Origin: a bacterium
Lineage (GTDB): Bacteria; Hinthialibacterota; Hinthialibacteria; Hinthialibacterales; Hinthialibacteraceae
Direction of reading: 5' to 3'
Assembly: GCA_963662285.2 (NCBI GenBank)
Contig: CAXXMV010000006.1
Coordinates: 544,001 to 608,000 of the forward strand
Length of the DNA: 64,000 nucleotides
Shown: positions 49,893 to 58,944 of the stretch, one piece after another
Position numbering within the stretch: the first letter of the stretch is position 1
How the letters are laid out: each line of letters opens with the position of its first letter
Notes under the pieces: model-generated
What the model was told of the DNA's origin: nothing
The model's database searches: none
Seen by the model: only the letters and a program-made list of their open reading frames with translations
Position numbers and translations under genes: made by a program

Positions 49893-51086
49893 ATGAACTA
49901 TTTAACTCAACCTGTAATACTAGGCGGATCAGCTGTGGCATATTCAATAATTCCATTTGTTCGACCCCAACTCCCGGTTTTTGAGAATATTGAGAATCCA
50001 TATAGGGAAATACTGCAAAATGGCATGGTTACGACCGGTTCTCATGCAGAAGAGTTGGGCGGTAAAGTGAGTTCTTTCTTAAATTCAGAGTACGCGATTG
50101 CCGTATCCAGCTGCACCTGCGGCTTATTACTGGCAATTCAGGCTTTGGATTTACCCAAGGGATCAGAGGTAATCTTACCGAGTTTTACCTTTATGGCTTC
50201 GGCTTTAGGGCCGGTGTGGAATGGTTTACGTCTTAAGTTTGTGGATGTTGACCGGTGGACCATGAATATTGATCCGGAGAGAGTTGAAGAAGCAATAACT
50301 TCGGATACATCCGCCATTATTGCCGTTCATCAATTTGGCAATCCCGCGCCGATTGAAGAATTGCAAGCATTGGCTGACAAGCATGGTCTGGCATTAATCT
50401 TTGATTCAGCGCATGGTTTTGGATCGCTGCATAATGATCAGCCATTGGGCGTGTATGGTCAGGCGGAGATTTTCAGCATGTCTCCCACCAAATTGATGAT
50501 TGCGGCGGAAGGAGGCATTGTATCCACTAACGATCCAGATATCGCGGAGCATGTTCGTTTGGGGCGTAATTATGGCAATCCAGGGAACTATGATTGTCTT
50601 TTTCCCGGATTGAATGCCCGTATGAGCGAACTGCATGCCATACTTGCCTTGAATTCGCTTGACCTGTTAGAGAACGCAGCCCGGCATCGCAACCAGGTTG
50701 TCGAGAAATATAAAGAGCGTCTTGAATCTGTTCCGGGCGTCAGTTTTCAAAAAATCGCTCCCAATGATCAATCATCATATAAGGATTTATCGGTGGTGTT
50801 TGATGAAGAATTGTTTGGATTAACCCAAAGGCAGTTAGAGAAATCCTTGCTTGCGGAAGGCATTCATACCCGTGTTTATTACTCTCCTGTGGTGCATAAG
50901 ATGAAAGCGTTTGCTCGATTCGCTGATGAAAAAACTGACGGGCAATTGCCCAACACGCTTTATCTTGAGTCTCATTCATTGAGTTTGCCAATTTATTCTG
51001 ATATGAAGGATGATGAAATAGATATTGTTTGTGACGCGATTACGCGGATACATTATCATGCGCGAGAGATTGTGAATGCATTATAA
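49893..51086 (+). CDS. DegT/DnrJ/EryC1/StrS PLP-dependent sugar aminotransferase
   Basis: VSSCT, PSFTFMAS, DSAHGFG, FSMSPTK (PLP Lys), EGG, NARMSE, SLPIY. Confidence 0.92.
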   Translation: MNYLTQPVILGGSAVAYSIIPFVRPQLPVFENIENPYREILQNGMVTTGSHAEELGGKVSSFLNSEYAIAVSSCTCGLLLAIQALDLPKGSEVILPSFTFMASALGPVWNGLRLKFVDVDRWTMNIDPERVEEAITSDTSAIIAVHQFGNPAPIEELQALADKHGLALIFDSAHGFGSLHNDQPLGVYGQAEIFSMSPTKLMIAAEGGIVSTNDPDIAEHVRLGRNYGNPGNYDCLFPGLNARMSELHAILALNSLDLLENAARHRNQVVEKYKERLESVPGVSFQKIAPNDQSSYKDLSVVFDEELFGLTQRQLEKSLLAEGIHTRVYYSPVVHKMKAFARFADEKTDGQLPNTLYLESHSLSLPIYSDMKDDEIDIVCDAITRIHYHAREIVNAL

Positions 51087-51122
51087 CTGGTAACCGAAGA
51101 TTTTGTTTGGAGAGCGCAGGTA

Positions 51123-52142
51123 TTATTGTGTTTTAAGGTGTTTATCAAAGAATTCGCGCGTCTTGGATTCCAGATAGGGCAGGCCAATCATCCTGGTAAA
51201 TATCGCAGCACTGTAATGTCCGCTGGGGATGTAAACTGTGCGGGGAAAGCCGAGGGCTTGGCGCAGAATTTCTCCATTAGCTCTAGGTACGGTATGATCA
51301 AATCGGGCCAGAATGAGTAGGGTTGTCCGGGGATCAATATAAGGGGCGAATTGTAATGGCTCCATATGGATTTTATTTAATTCAGGTGATTTTGGATTTT
51401 CTGTGCTGGATTTGATTATTGTTTTTATATTCCGTAGTTTTTTATGATTACTGTTTGAGATCAAAGATCTCATCTCCGCTCCCGCCAAGGCAAAGATGTT
51501 AGTTTTAAGGCGATCATCCACACCCGCCAGGATTACATTTTTGATTCCGCCATAACTGACGCCGAAACTGCCGATAGCATCAGGGTTTACGCCCGGTTGT
51601 TGACATAACCAGTCTAATGCGGCGCGGTCGCGGGTGACTGCGTCGTGCAGCCGATGCTCTAATTGTTCTATAGTTGAGGTGTTTCGGGTAATGTCTTTGG
51701 GGCGGTGAACCACTATACAGTGATATCCATGTTTAGAGAAATATCGCGCAAAATGGCTTGCAACTCTATTTTTCCCACCCAAAATTGGTGAAATCAAGAG
51801 AGCTGGCTGCTGTTGGGATGTGGCGCATCGATAAAAATCCAGAATAATTGGGTTGTTTGCTTCATCATTATCTTTATCTTTTGTTAAAATCTGCTCTGGT
51901 GAGTCTTCTAATTCAAGTGTTATGCGTTGAAAACCGTTGTTTGATTCACTTTTATCTGTCCATGTCATAGTATTGGAAAACTGATTTTGAATCAGTTTCG
52001 GGCGGGGAATTGGAGCGTGAAATGGCTTATTTGCTGCTATAGTAGCGCATTGAGTCTGCATTAAGCACAATAGGATCATTGTTATTAAATAAAATATTGA
52101 TGGTCGAATATCATTATTCATCTTGCCAGAGTCCCTTAGCAT
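51123..52142 (-). CDS. Exported alpha/beta hydrolase
   Basis: N-terminal hydrophobic segment with Cys; GVSYGG, ARFD..VP, SGHY catalytic triad pattern. Confidence 0.8.
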   Translation of the reverse strand: MLRDSGKMNNDIRPSIFYLITMILLCLMQTQCATIAANKPFHAPIPRPKLIQNQFSNTMTWTDKSESNNGFQRITLELEDSPEQILTKDKDNDEANNPIILDFYRCATSQQQPALLISPILGGKNRVASHFARYFSKHGYHCIVVHRPKDITRNTSTIEQLEHRLHDAVTRDRAALDWLCQQPGVNPDAIGSFGVSYGGIKNVILAGVDDRLKTNIFALAGAEMRSLISNSNHKKLRNIKTIIKSSTENPKSPELNKIHMEPLQFAPYIDPRTTLLILARFDHTVPRANGEILRQALGFPRTVYIPSGHYSAAIFTRMIGLPYLESKTREFFDKHLKTQ

Positions 52143-52144
52143 TC

Positions 52145-52209
52145 GTATTATTGTTATAATATAGAATTATAGTCACACCGGAAGTGATTCTATATTATAA
52201 CAATAGTAC
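52145..52209. promoter_or_regulatory. Inverted repeat with an extended -10 (TGtTATAAT) in each arm, between divergent genes
   Basis: TATTGTTATAATATAGAAT (52149-52167) is the exact reverse complement of 52187-52205. Confidence 0.65.
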
Positions 52210-52223
52210 AAACGGAGGATGCA

Positions 52224-52526
52224 ATGAAGAATTATCGTTTATTAACATTGGTTTTAGTGGGAATGTTATGTCTATCCGTATTCGGTTGCGCAAGTTCGAC
52301 CAAAAAAGTGGTTTTGGATGACCAGACAATCGCTAATCAGATCAAGGATGCTCTTGAAGCTCCTACAGGACCGGAAGCGCCATTTACAATTGATATCTTT
52401 GTCGAAAAAGGCGTAGTTGAATTGGATGGCACAGTCGCCAGCGCGGCAGCTAAAGCTAAAGCCATCGAAATTGCTCACACCAGCCAGAGCGTAAAAGATG
52501 TTAAGAGTTTTATTGTTGTAAGATGA
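52224..52526 (+). CDS. BON-domain lipoprotein
   Basis: Lipobox VFGC; DDQTI...IK.AL, GVVELDGTV, A.....VKDV; GGAGG RBS. Confidence 0.88.
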   Translation: MKNYRLLTLVLVGMLCLSVFGCASSTKKVVLDDQTIANQIKDALEAPTGPEAPFTIDIFVEKGVVELDGTVASAAAKAKAIEIAHTSQSVKDVKSFIVVR

Positions 52527-53056
52527 AGCAGATTGTCAACCGGACGGTAATCGAACTGGTTCAGGGCGATATTACCTCGCAGGATGTGGATGCGATAGTT
52601 AACGCGGCCAATACTTTTCTTTTGGGTGGTGGAGGCGTGGACGGCGCAATACACCGGGCGGGCGGCGTCGCAATTCTGGACGAATGCAAAAAACTCAATG
52701 GCTGCCAGACAGGCGACGCCAAGATTACCACTGGTGGAAATCTTAAGGCTGGTCATGTCATTCATACTGTTGGACCGATTTATCGTGATGGTATGAGAGG
52801 TGAACCCGAACTTTTGGCTTCTTGTTATCGAAGAAGCCTGGAAGTCGCGGTTGAAAACAGCAAGCAAACAGTCGCATTTCCTTCCGTCAGTACAGGGGTA
52901 TATGGCTATCCCTACGATGAGGCGGCGGAAATAGCATTATCGACTGTTAAAGCATTTGTTGAAGAGAATGCTTCCATACGTCTGGTTCGTTTTGTATTAT
53001 TTAATGAACCAATCTATCAGGCGTTTGAGGAAGCCATGAAAAAAGTAATGATATAA
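52523..53056 (+). CDS. ymdB: Macrodomain O-acetyl-ADP-ribose deacetylase (YmdB-like)
   Basis: GDIT, DAIVNAAN..LLGGGGVDGAIHRAGG, VIHTVGP, FPSVSTGVYGYP. Confidence 0.92.
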   Translation: MKQIVNRTVIELVQGDITSQDVDAIVNAANTFLLGGGGVDGAIHRAGGVAILDECKKLNGCQTGDAKITTGGNLKAGHVIHTVGPIYRDGMRGEPELLASCYRRSLEVAVENSKQTVAFPSVSTGVYGYPYDEAAEIALSTVKAFVEENASIRLVRFVLFNEPIYQAFEEAMKKVMI

Positions 53057-53059
53057 TGT

Positions 53060-53087
53060 CGTACGGCGCTCGTTTGAGCGCCGTACG
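53060..53087. terminator. Perfect 12-bp hairpin between convergent genes
   Basis: CGTACGGCGCTC-GTTT-GAGCGCCGTACG. Confidence 0.6.
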
Positions 53088-53127
53088 TTTATCATGCTTA
53101 AATATAAGATAGTGTTTAAGATAGTGT

Positions 53128-54264
53128 TTATGATAGGGTAGAATCGTTAGAATCTTCGCCTGGAGGCGCTGGCGGTTTTGGCGGCGAATTTTCTTCTGTA
53201 TCCTCAGTATCCTTAATATCCTCAGAAACCGCTTCATTTGGAATATCCGAAAACGACACAGGTCCATCAAGAGGTGGGGGAGATAGGAGCGTCTCTTCTG
53301 TTATTGGCGGCTCCTCACTGTTCTGTTCAAGATTCAGGGGATCGTATTCTCTGTCTTGATATATATCTTTCAGGAAACAAAGGGCGTAAGCGTTCTGTAA
53401 GATGGGGAATGGTAGAAGAATCATGGTGATGAAGAACTGGATGGAGAAATGCGGCGCTGCTATGAGACTGATTATGGCCTGAGGCGTGATGCCGCTTTTG
53501 ACGCCTTGTAGACCTACCGAGAATAATCCAAAGGATATGGATAATAGCATTACCAGCATGAATCCTGCTGCGAGAATCAAGAACTGAATAAACGCGTATC
53601 CGATGTACTCAGCCGGTTTTTTAAAGAGTTGACTGAAGGCGTTGCCCCACGCTTCAAAGATGCCTTTTGATTTAATAACCATCTGAGGAATTACTATTGC
53701 GTTCAGCATGATAGTATGGATTATAAGTATCGCGCATACGAATAGAAAGAAAAATGAATTAAAGGCAATAACCAGGATTAAGCCAAAATTGTTATTCAAC
53801 AATGATCCGATAATCCCGGTGAATATCATGAGCAGCAATAGGCCGATTATCATAAGAATCAGAAATAACATCTTGATGCAAATGTTCCAGAGGAATACAG
53901 AAATAATTCCAGAAAAATGTTTTCCAGTGGATCGTTTGTAATGAATAACTCCATTTTTTACTGCATCAAATAAAATGAAACGTGAACATGAACGGGCGAA
54001 CTCGAATACAACTGCAATGAAAAGTGAAAATAAAAGCAATCCTACAATCGTAGGAAGCATTTCTAATGCTTGCTCAGCCATTTGTTCATAATCGGTTATT
54101 GAATTGGCTTCATCTGTTTTAAGGTTGAATATGGCATAAGAAAATCCCTTGATGATCATCACCATAACGACTGCTTTCAACCAGAACAGTAATCGAAACG
54201 GCTGAAATAAAAGTTGCGTCATGTTAGACCAGGCTGTGCCAAGGGAGTCGGTGCAAAAGGCCAT
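53128..54264 (-). CDS. Polytopic membrane protein with acidic/Pro-rich tail
   Basis: About 6 TM segments; GGAG RBS. Confidence 0.78.
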   Translation of the reverse strand: MAFCTDSLGTAWSNMTQLLFQPFRLLFWLKAVVMVMIIKGFSYAIFNLKTDEANSITDYEQMAEQALEMLPTIVGLLLFSLFIAVVFEFARSCSRFILFDAVKNGVIHYKRSTGKHFSGIISVFLWNICIKMLFLILMIIGLLLLMIFTGIIGSLLNNNFGLILVIAFNSFFFLFVCAILIIHTIMLNAIVIPQMVIKSKGIFEAWGNAFSQLFKKPAEYIGYAFIQFLILAAGFMLVMLLSISFGLFSVGLQGVKSGITPQAIISLIAAPHFSIQFFITMILLPFPILQNAYALCFLKDIYQDREYDPLNLEQNSEEPPITEETLLSPPPLDGPVSFSDIPNEAVSEDIKDTEDTEENSPPKPPAPPGEDSNDSTLS

Positions 54265-54399
54265 TTTGAATTCTCTCCACAGGTAAATTTTTTATAGAAA
54301 AACAATATTCAGCAACCTCGCCAATACTTTTTCTTATGATAGGCTTAGTTATGCTTTTGGCGTAGGATGAGAATACATATTAATAGGCGTAAATTGACA

Positions 54400-55521
54400 A
54401 TGCATCATAATACACGAGTTAATATTAATCTGCGAGCGTACCGGCATAATTTAGAGATGCTGGCATCATCTTTATCGCCGGGTTGCCGTTTGTGCGCTGT
54501 GCTGAAAGCGGATGCTTATGGGCATGGATTGAAGCAGCTGGCGCCAATAGCCGATGCTTGCGGCGTTGAAATTATGGCTATTGTGGATAACTGGGAAGCG
54601 GAAGCAATCCGGCGAATGGGGGTTAAGCGGACTATTATCCGTCTGCGTCCGGCTGTGGTGGATGAGATAGGTGAAGCATTGCAATGGGGCGTAGAGGAGA
54701 TCGTTGGTTCTATTGATCAAGCCGAAGCGCTGTCGACTATCGGAGTAAAATGCAAGCAGCCTATTCCTGTGCATCTGGCTTTGGATGTAGGGATATCACG
54801 GATGGAATTTTCTAATCCCATACAACCAGACGATTTAAAACGTCTTATTGCGTTGCCTGGTATAACCATTAAAGGAGTAATGGCTCATTTCCCCTGCGCG
54901 GATGAGGAGGATATTTCAATTTCAAAGGCGCAAGGCGATAAGTTCGTTCGAGAGTATGGCAATATGGCGCCTTATCTTCCCGATGATGTGAGCATTCATA
55001 TCGCCAACAGCGCTGCAACGATGCGGTTGCCGGAATGTCAACATGATTTAGCGCGTCTGGGCATTATCACCTATGGGCTTTCTCCTACTAATACCATTGA
55101 TTTTGATAACTGTTTTCAACCTGTTATGACAGTGACCACGCAGGTAGTGCAAGTACGCCAGGTTCCAAAGGGATCTACTATTGGTTATGGGATGACTCAC
55201 TGCGTCGAAAACGACGCCATTATTGCGACTCTTCCTGTAGGTTATGCGGATGGTTATCTACGGGAATTCTCTAACAAAGCGGATGTTTTGATTGGAGGAG
55301 AAAGATGTCCGGTGGTTGGAAAAGTATCCATGAATATGATAACGGTTGATGTGAGTCATTTGAAGCATGTTCAGACGGGGGATGAAGCGGTTTTGTTAGG
55401 AGAACAGGGAACCGGAATCATCACAGCTGAAGAGTTGGCGCATCACGCCAATACTATAAATTACGAAATCACCTGCATTTTGGGACGGATCAACTGCCAA
55501 TGGCGTTTTGAATTAGGCTAA
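54400..55521 (+). CDS. alr: Alanine racemase family (fold-type III PLP) enzyme with Bsr-like residues
   Basis: AVLKADAYGHG, HIANSAA, IGYG, PVGYADG, GKVSMN, TINYEI. Confidence 0.9.
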   Translation: MHHNTRVNINLRAYRHNLEMLASSLSPGCRLCAVLKADAYGHGLKQLAPIADACGVEIMAIVDNWEAEAIRRMGVKRTIIRLRPAVVDEIGEALQWGVEEIVGSIDQAEALSTIGVKCKQPIPVHLALDVGISRMEFSNPIQPDDLKRLIALPGITIKGVMAHFPCADEEDISISKAQGDKFVREYGNMAPYLPDDVSIHIANSAATMRLPECQHDLARLGIITYGLSPTNTIDFDNCFQPVMTVTTQVVQVRQVPKGSTIGYGMTHCVENDAIIATLPVGYADGYLREFSNKADVLIGGERCPVVGKVSMNMITVDVSHLKHVQTGDEAVLLGEQGTGIITAEELAHHANTINYEITCILGRINCQWRFELG

Positions 55522-55680
55522 TTTTTTTTTGACCTCCAGTATTCTTTCATAGAGCATATCATTTATAAGGTGTTGATTTTTATTATAATATGTCTTAATG
55601 ATTACAAAAGTAAGTTAACTTTTTAGTTGTAATGTTATTTTGCTTTAATGGGTAATATTGTGAAATAATATAAATTTTTC

Positions 55681-55708
55681 TTGACAAAAACCGGGAAATG
55701 CTTATTAT
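55681..55708 (+). promoter_or_regulatory. Near-consensus sigma70 promoter
   Basis: TTGACA-16 bp-TATTAT with AT-rich upstream tract. Confidence 0.6.
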
Positions 55709-55714
55709 GTTATT

Positions 55715-55785
55715 TGGGCTTCCAACTTCCAGGGGTCGTCAGACTGTGATTAAGGTCACAGGCTAGATAACGGCCCCTTTTTTTT
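55715..55785 (+). ncRNA. Candidate ~70-nt small RNA
   Basis: Follows the promoter; long hairpin GGGGTCGT/ACGGCCCC enclosing CTGTGAT/GTCACAG; ends in T8; no ORF. Confidence 0.45.
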
Positions 55786-55803
55786 GTCTGGAATTAAATG
55801 CAG

Positions 55804-57165
55804 TTATTTTGGCGTTGGATAAAACTCGCTGTCGGTTCTGGCTTCTTTGAATAATCCTTCCATTTTTTTAATGATATCAGGATAGGCGTTGGCGATGTTA
55901 TTGGTTTCAGATAAATCGTTTTTGAGATCGTATAGTTCGATGGGAGCATTCCATTGGGCGTGAACCGCTTTCCAGTCGCCCATGCGGATGGCGCGGCGGC
56001 CGCCTTGTTCATGAAATTCCCAATAGAGATAATCATGGTTCTTCTGAGGCTTATTCATCAGAGCGTTGACCATTGATATGCCATCAATTCCATCCGGCAT
56101 ACTGGTTCCCGCCAGTTCAGCTGCGGTTGAGGGGAAATCCCAGAAGGCCCACACCTGGTCGCTCACCGCGCCCGCTTTTATTTTTCCAGGCCAACGTGCG
56201 ATCATGGGTACTCTGATGCCGCCTTCGTATAGGGCGCGTTTTATACCGCGCAGCGGGCCGTTGCTATCCAGGAAATCTGCATTGGAGCCGCCTTCACTGT
56301 GGGGGCCATTGTCGCTGGTGAAGAAGACAATGGTATCATCATCAATGCCCAGTTCTTTAAGTAAAGCCAGTATCTGACCGACGTCTTTATCCAAGAGGGT
56401 AATCATGGCGGCGCGGTTCTTTTCATTTTGAGGCCAGGGCTTGTCGCTGTAAGGTTTATCGCTGGGTATGGGCATGCCGTTGGCGCGGCCTTCGTTAAAT
56501 GCGTGGGGGATGGTGTAGGGCAGGTAGAGGAAGAAGGGTTTGTCTTTGTGATCACGCACGAAGCCTAATGCTTCTTTAGTGAAGGCGTCATGGGAGTAGG
56601 TCCAACGCTCGAAGAAATCACGCTCTTCGTTTCTCCACAGGTAATCGGGGAAGTAATTATGAGCGCGGCCTTGGTTTAGATAGCCGTACCAGAAATCGAA
56701 ACCCTGGCGATTGGGAACGCCGCTGGTGTCTGGCTCGCCTAAACCCCATTTGCCGATGATTCCGGTTGTGTATCCGGCGCCCTTCAGTATTTCGGCGACG
56801 GTGATATGTTCCGGCAGCAGGGGGTGGCGTTTGTTGCCGCGAATATGCGCGTGGCCGGTATGGTATCCGGTCATCAGGCAGCAGCGAGAAGGAGCGCATA
56901 CTGTGCTGCCTGCGTAACATTGGGTGAAGCGTATGCCTTCACTCGCCATCTTATCGATATGGGGCGTTCTGGTTTTCTGCTGGCCATAACAGCCTAAATC
57001 GCCGTATCCCAGGTCATCGGCCATTATGTAAATTATATTCGGTTTGCGTCCGTTTTTTGCGTTGGCGTGGAGCGTTGCGGGATTCAGGCATATCATACCA
57101 GCCGCCATTCCCGCAGCAGCTGCGCCGGTGGTTCTTAAGAAATTACGCCTGTTTTGAATGGACAT
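55804..57165 (-). CDS. Arylsulfatase-family (Cys-type formylglycine) sulfatase with Tat signal
   Basis: RRNFL; PNIIYIMADDLG, CAPSRCCLMTG, GKWGLG, SDNG, YEGGIRVP. Confidence 0.93.
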   Translation of the reverse strand: MSIQNRRNFLRTTGAAAAGMAAGMICLNPATLHANAKNGRKPNIIYIMADDLGYGDLGCYGQQKTRTPHIDKMASEGIRFTQCYAGSTVCAPSRCCLMTGYHTGHAHIRGNKRHPLLPEHITVAEILKGAGYTTGIIGKWGLGEPDTSGVPNRQGFDFWYGYLNQGRAHNYFPDYLWRNEERDFFERWTYSHDAFTKEALGFVRDHKDKPFFLYLPYTIPHAFNEGRANGMPIPSDKPYSDKPWPQNEKNRAAMITLLDKDVGQILALLKELGIDDDTIVFFTSDNGPHSEGGSNADFLDSNGPLRGIKRALYEGGIRVPMIARWPGKIKAGAVSDQVWAFWDFPSTAAELAGTSMPDGIDGISMVNALMNKPQKNHDYLYWEFHEQGGRRAIRMGDWKAVHAQWNAPIELYDLKNDLSETNNIANAYPDIIKKMEGLFKEARTDSEFYPTPK

Positions 57166-57237
57166 AGTAGGATTTCCTTTCAAATTCTATCTGGTTTAGG
57201 TAATTGTTTTCAGAATACCCTTACCGTATATAATAAT

Positions 57238-57288
57238 AGGTGGTTTTATCAAGGGGTGAGCGCAATGCGCTCTTGCCCTTGGCGCCCA
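57238..57288 (+). repeat. Palindromic repeat family B copy
   Basis: ATCAAGGGGTGAGCGCAATGCGCTCTTGCCCTTGGCGCCC. Confidence 0.72.
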
Positions 57289-57333
57289 TCTGATACCGGG
57301 AAATTTCTATTGTTTTTAGTATGTCGTATTCAT

Positions 57334-58944
57334 TTAATCTATATTATAATCACCCACAGCAATCGCCCAGTCGGATTTATAGGGCGCCTTCCAGTCTTGT
57401 TGTCGGATTTTAAGTAAGCCTAGATCGATCTCTCTATATTTTTTCTTTGCATCAACCACAATAGCTGAAAGCGGTTTTGTTGCTTTAGATAAATCTATGT
57501 GGATGGATGAGGTATCTTCTTTGAAGATCAACAAATTAGAATAGTCAGGTTGGCGGAGGCATACTCCATCGGTAATTGAGTTATCGCGAATCATCTCTTT
57601 GAGGAAACGGTTCTTGAAGAACCGGGAATAGGTCTTGATTAAATGCTTGTTATTATATTCAACTGAAGCGTCGGATGGCGCGTTAATGAGGTTGCCCCAT
57701 ATATTAGCGACTCCACCAGCCATAGCGGAATGCCATAGTCCTTTGCGGGTTAATTCTTCATCGTAATCTTTCTCAGGATATTTGGATGGTTGTCGGATGC
57801 GAAAACGGTCTTCTGAGAAGGTCGGTTTACCGGGCAGCGCTTCGAGAGACGCGGTGTAGACTTCATAAGTCGGGCGGTGGTGTTCGTATGCGGAATAATC
57901 CAAGCCATTATAGATTTGTTGTTTGCTGTGATCCGTCCCGCGTCTGGGGCCTCCGGATCTTCCACCAAGGAAGTGAAACCAGCCTAGATGTTGGTGCATG
58001 TAGGAATGCCATATATGCAAATCCTTTTCAATTACCCATTCAAAAAGATCAAAACCATATCCCATAGACCAACCGGGGATGGGGCCGAGACGCGCTGCGA
58101 TATAGCGTTGCAGGCGTTGATCTACTTTGCCGTTTTTACCCCAGGTGATGGGAGTCATCTTTCTGGATTCATCTCCCCAGGCCCAGAGATGAACCATGCC
58201 GCCTGCTGCGTGAGTTTTTGTTATAAGTAATTCCAGCGCTTCAAATGTTCTGCTATCTGGATTGGGATATTTATCTTTGATGCCGCTGGTGCGGTCCTGG
58301 TTGATATCGAACCATCTGGAAAAAACCATGGTGTGAAATCCATTGAAACCGTGTTCGATTAGGAATGTCTGGATATCCCGGTCGATCTTTTGAGGATTCT
58401 GGTAAAAATCCAGTGGATTATTATACATGACCAATTGAGGAATGAAGGCTTTACCCGCGCCTGACCAACCCCATTTATTTCCGAAATTGGTGATGAAGCC
58501 ATGAGCCTTGGAATCAGGATTGGGTTTGATGGTTACTGTGCCGATTTTGCCATCTAAATCGGGATCAAGGCTTTTTGTTATAATTTTCCATTTTCCGGTT
58601 TTGATTCCAGTGAAGCGGAATTTCCAGGTATCGTTTTCAGCATAATACATTCCAGTGGTTATGGTTGTGCCACTGGGATGAGTGAATACAGCGCTGGCTA
58701 TTAAATCATAAGGGTTGCCATCATAACTGTCGTTAGTTAGTGACCATTCAAGATAAGGCGACCATTGGGTTCCTGTTTGATCGAGGCTGCTTGCGCTATA
58801 GACGGTGGGAGACAATATGCATTGAACAATAAATAGATTGATTATAAGAGAGAGCCAGCGCCAATGGATTAATGATGTTAGATTTGAAATAGCAGTCTTG
58901 TTATGCATTTTTGAAACCTCTGATATTGATTTATAAATCATCAT
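57334..58944 (-). CDS. Secreted DUF5060-domain protein (glycoside-hydrolase-like)
   Basis: GNPYD....F.HPSG...G.Y...TWKFRF....G.W; RYIAARL; alternative start at 58908. Confidence 0.72.
   Translation of the reverse strand: MMIYKSISEVSKMHNKTAISNLTSLIHWRWLSLIINLFIVQCILSPTVYSASSLDQTGTQWSPYLEWSLTNDSYDGNPYDLIASAVFTHPSGTTITTGMYYAENDTWKFRFTGIKTGKWKIITKSLDPDLDGKIGTVTIKPNPDSKAHGFITNFGNKWGWSGAGKAFIPQLVMYNNPLDFYQNPQKIDRDIQTFLIEHGFNGFHTMVFSRWFDINQDRTSGIKDKYPNPDSRTFEALELLITKTHAAGGMVHLWAWGDESRKMTPITWGKNGKVDQRLQRYIAARLGPIPGWSMGYGFDLFEWVIEKDLHIWHSYMHQHLGWFHFLGGRSGGPRRGTDHSKQQIYNGLDYSAYEHHRPTYEVYTASLEALPGKPTFSEDRFRIRQPSKYPEKDYDEELTRKGLWHSAMAGGVANIWGNLINAPSDASVEYNNKHLIKTYSRFFKNRFLKEMIRDNSITDGVCLRQPDYSNLLIFKEDTSSIHIDLSKATKPLSAIVVDAKKKYREIDLGLLKIRQQDWKAPYKSDWAIAVGDYNID

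Noticed and set aside
53105-53136. 12-bp tandem repeat AAGATAGTGTTT at a gene end
   Set aside because: Only ~2.5 units; likely local slippage with no evidence of function
4757-57288. CRISPR array from recurring palindromic repeats
   Set aside because: Repeats are dispersed, variable and not regularly spaced with unique spacers; no cas genes
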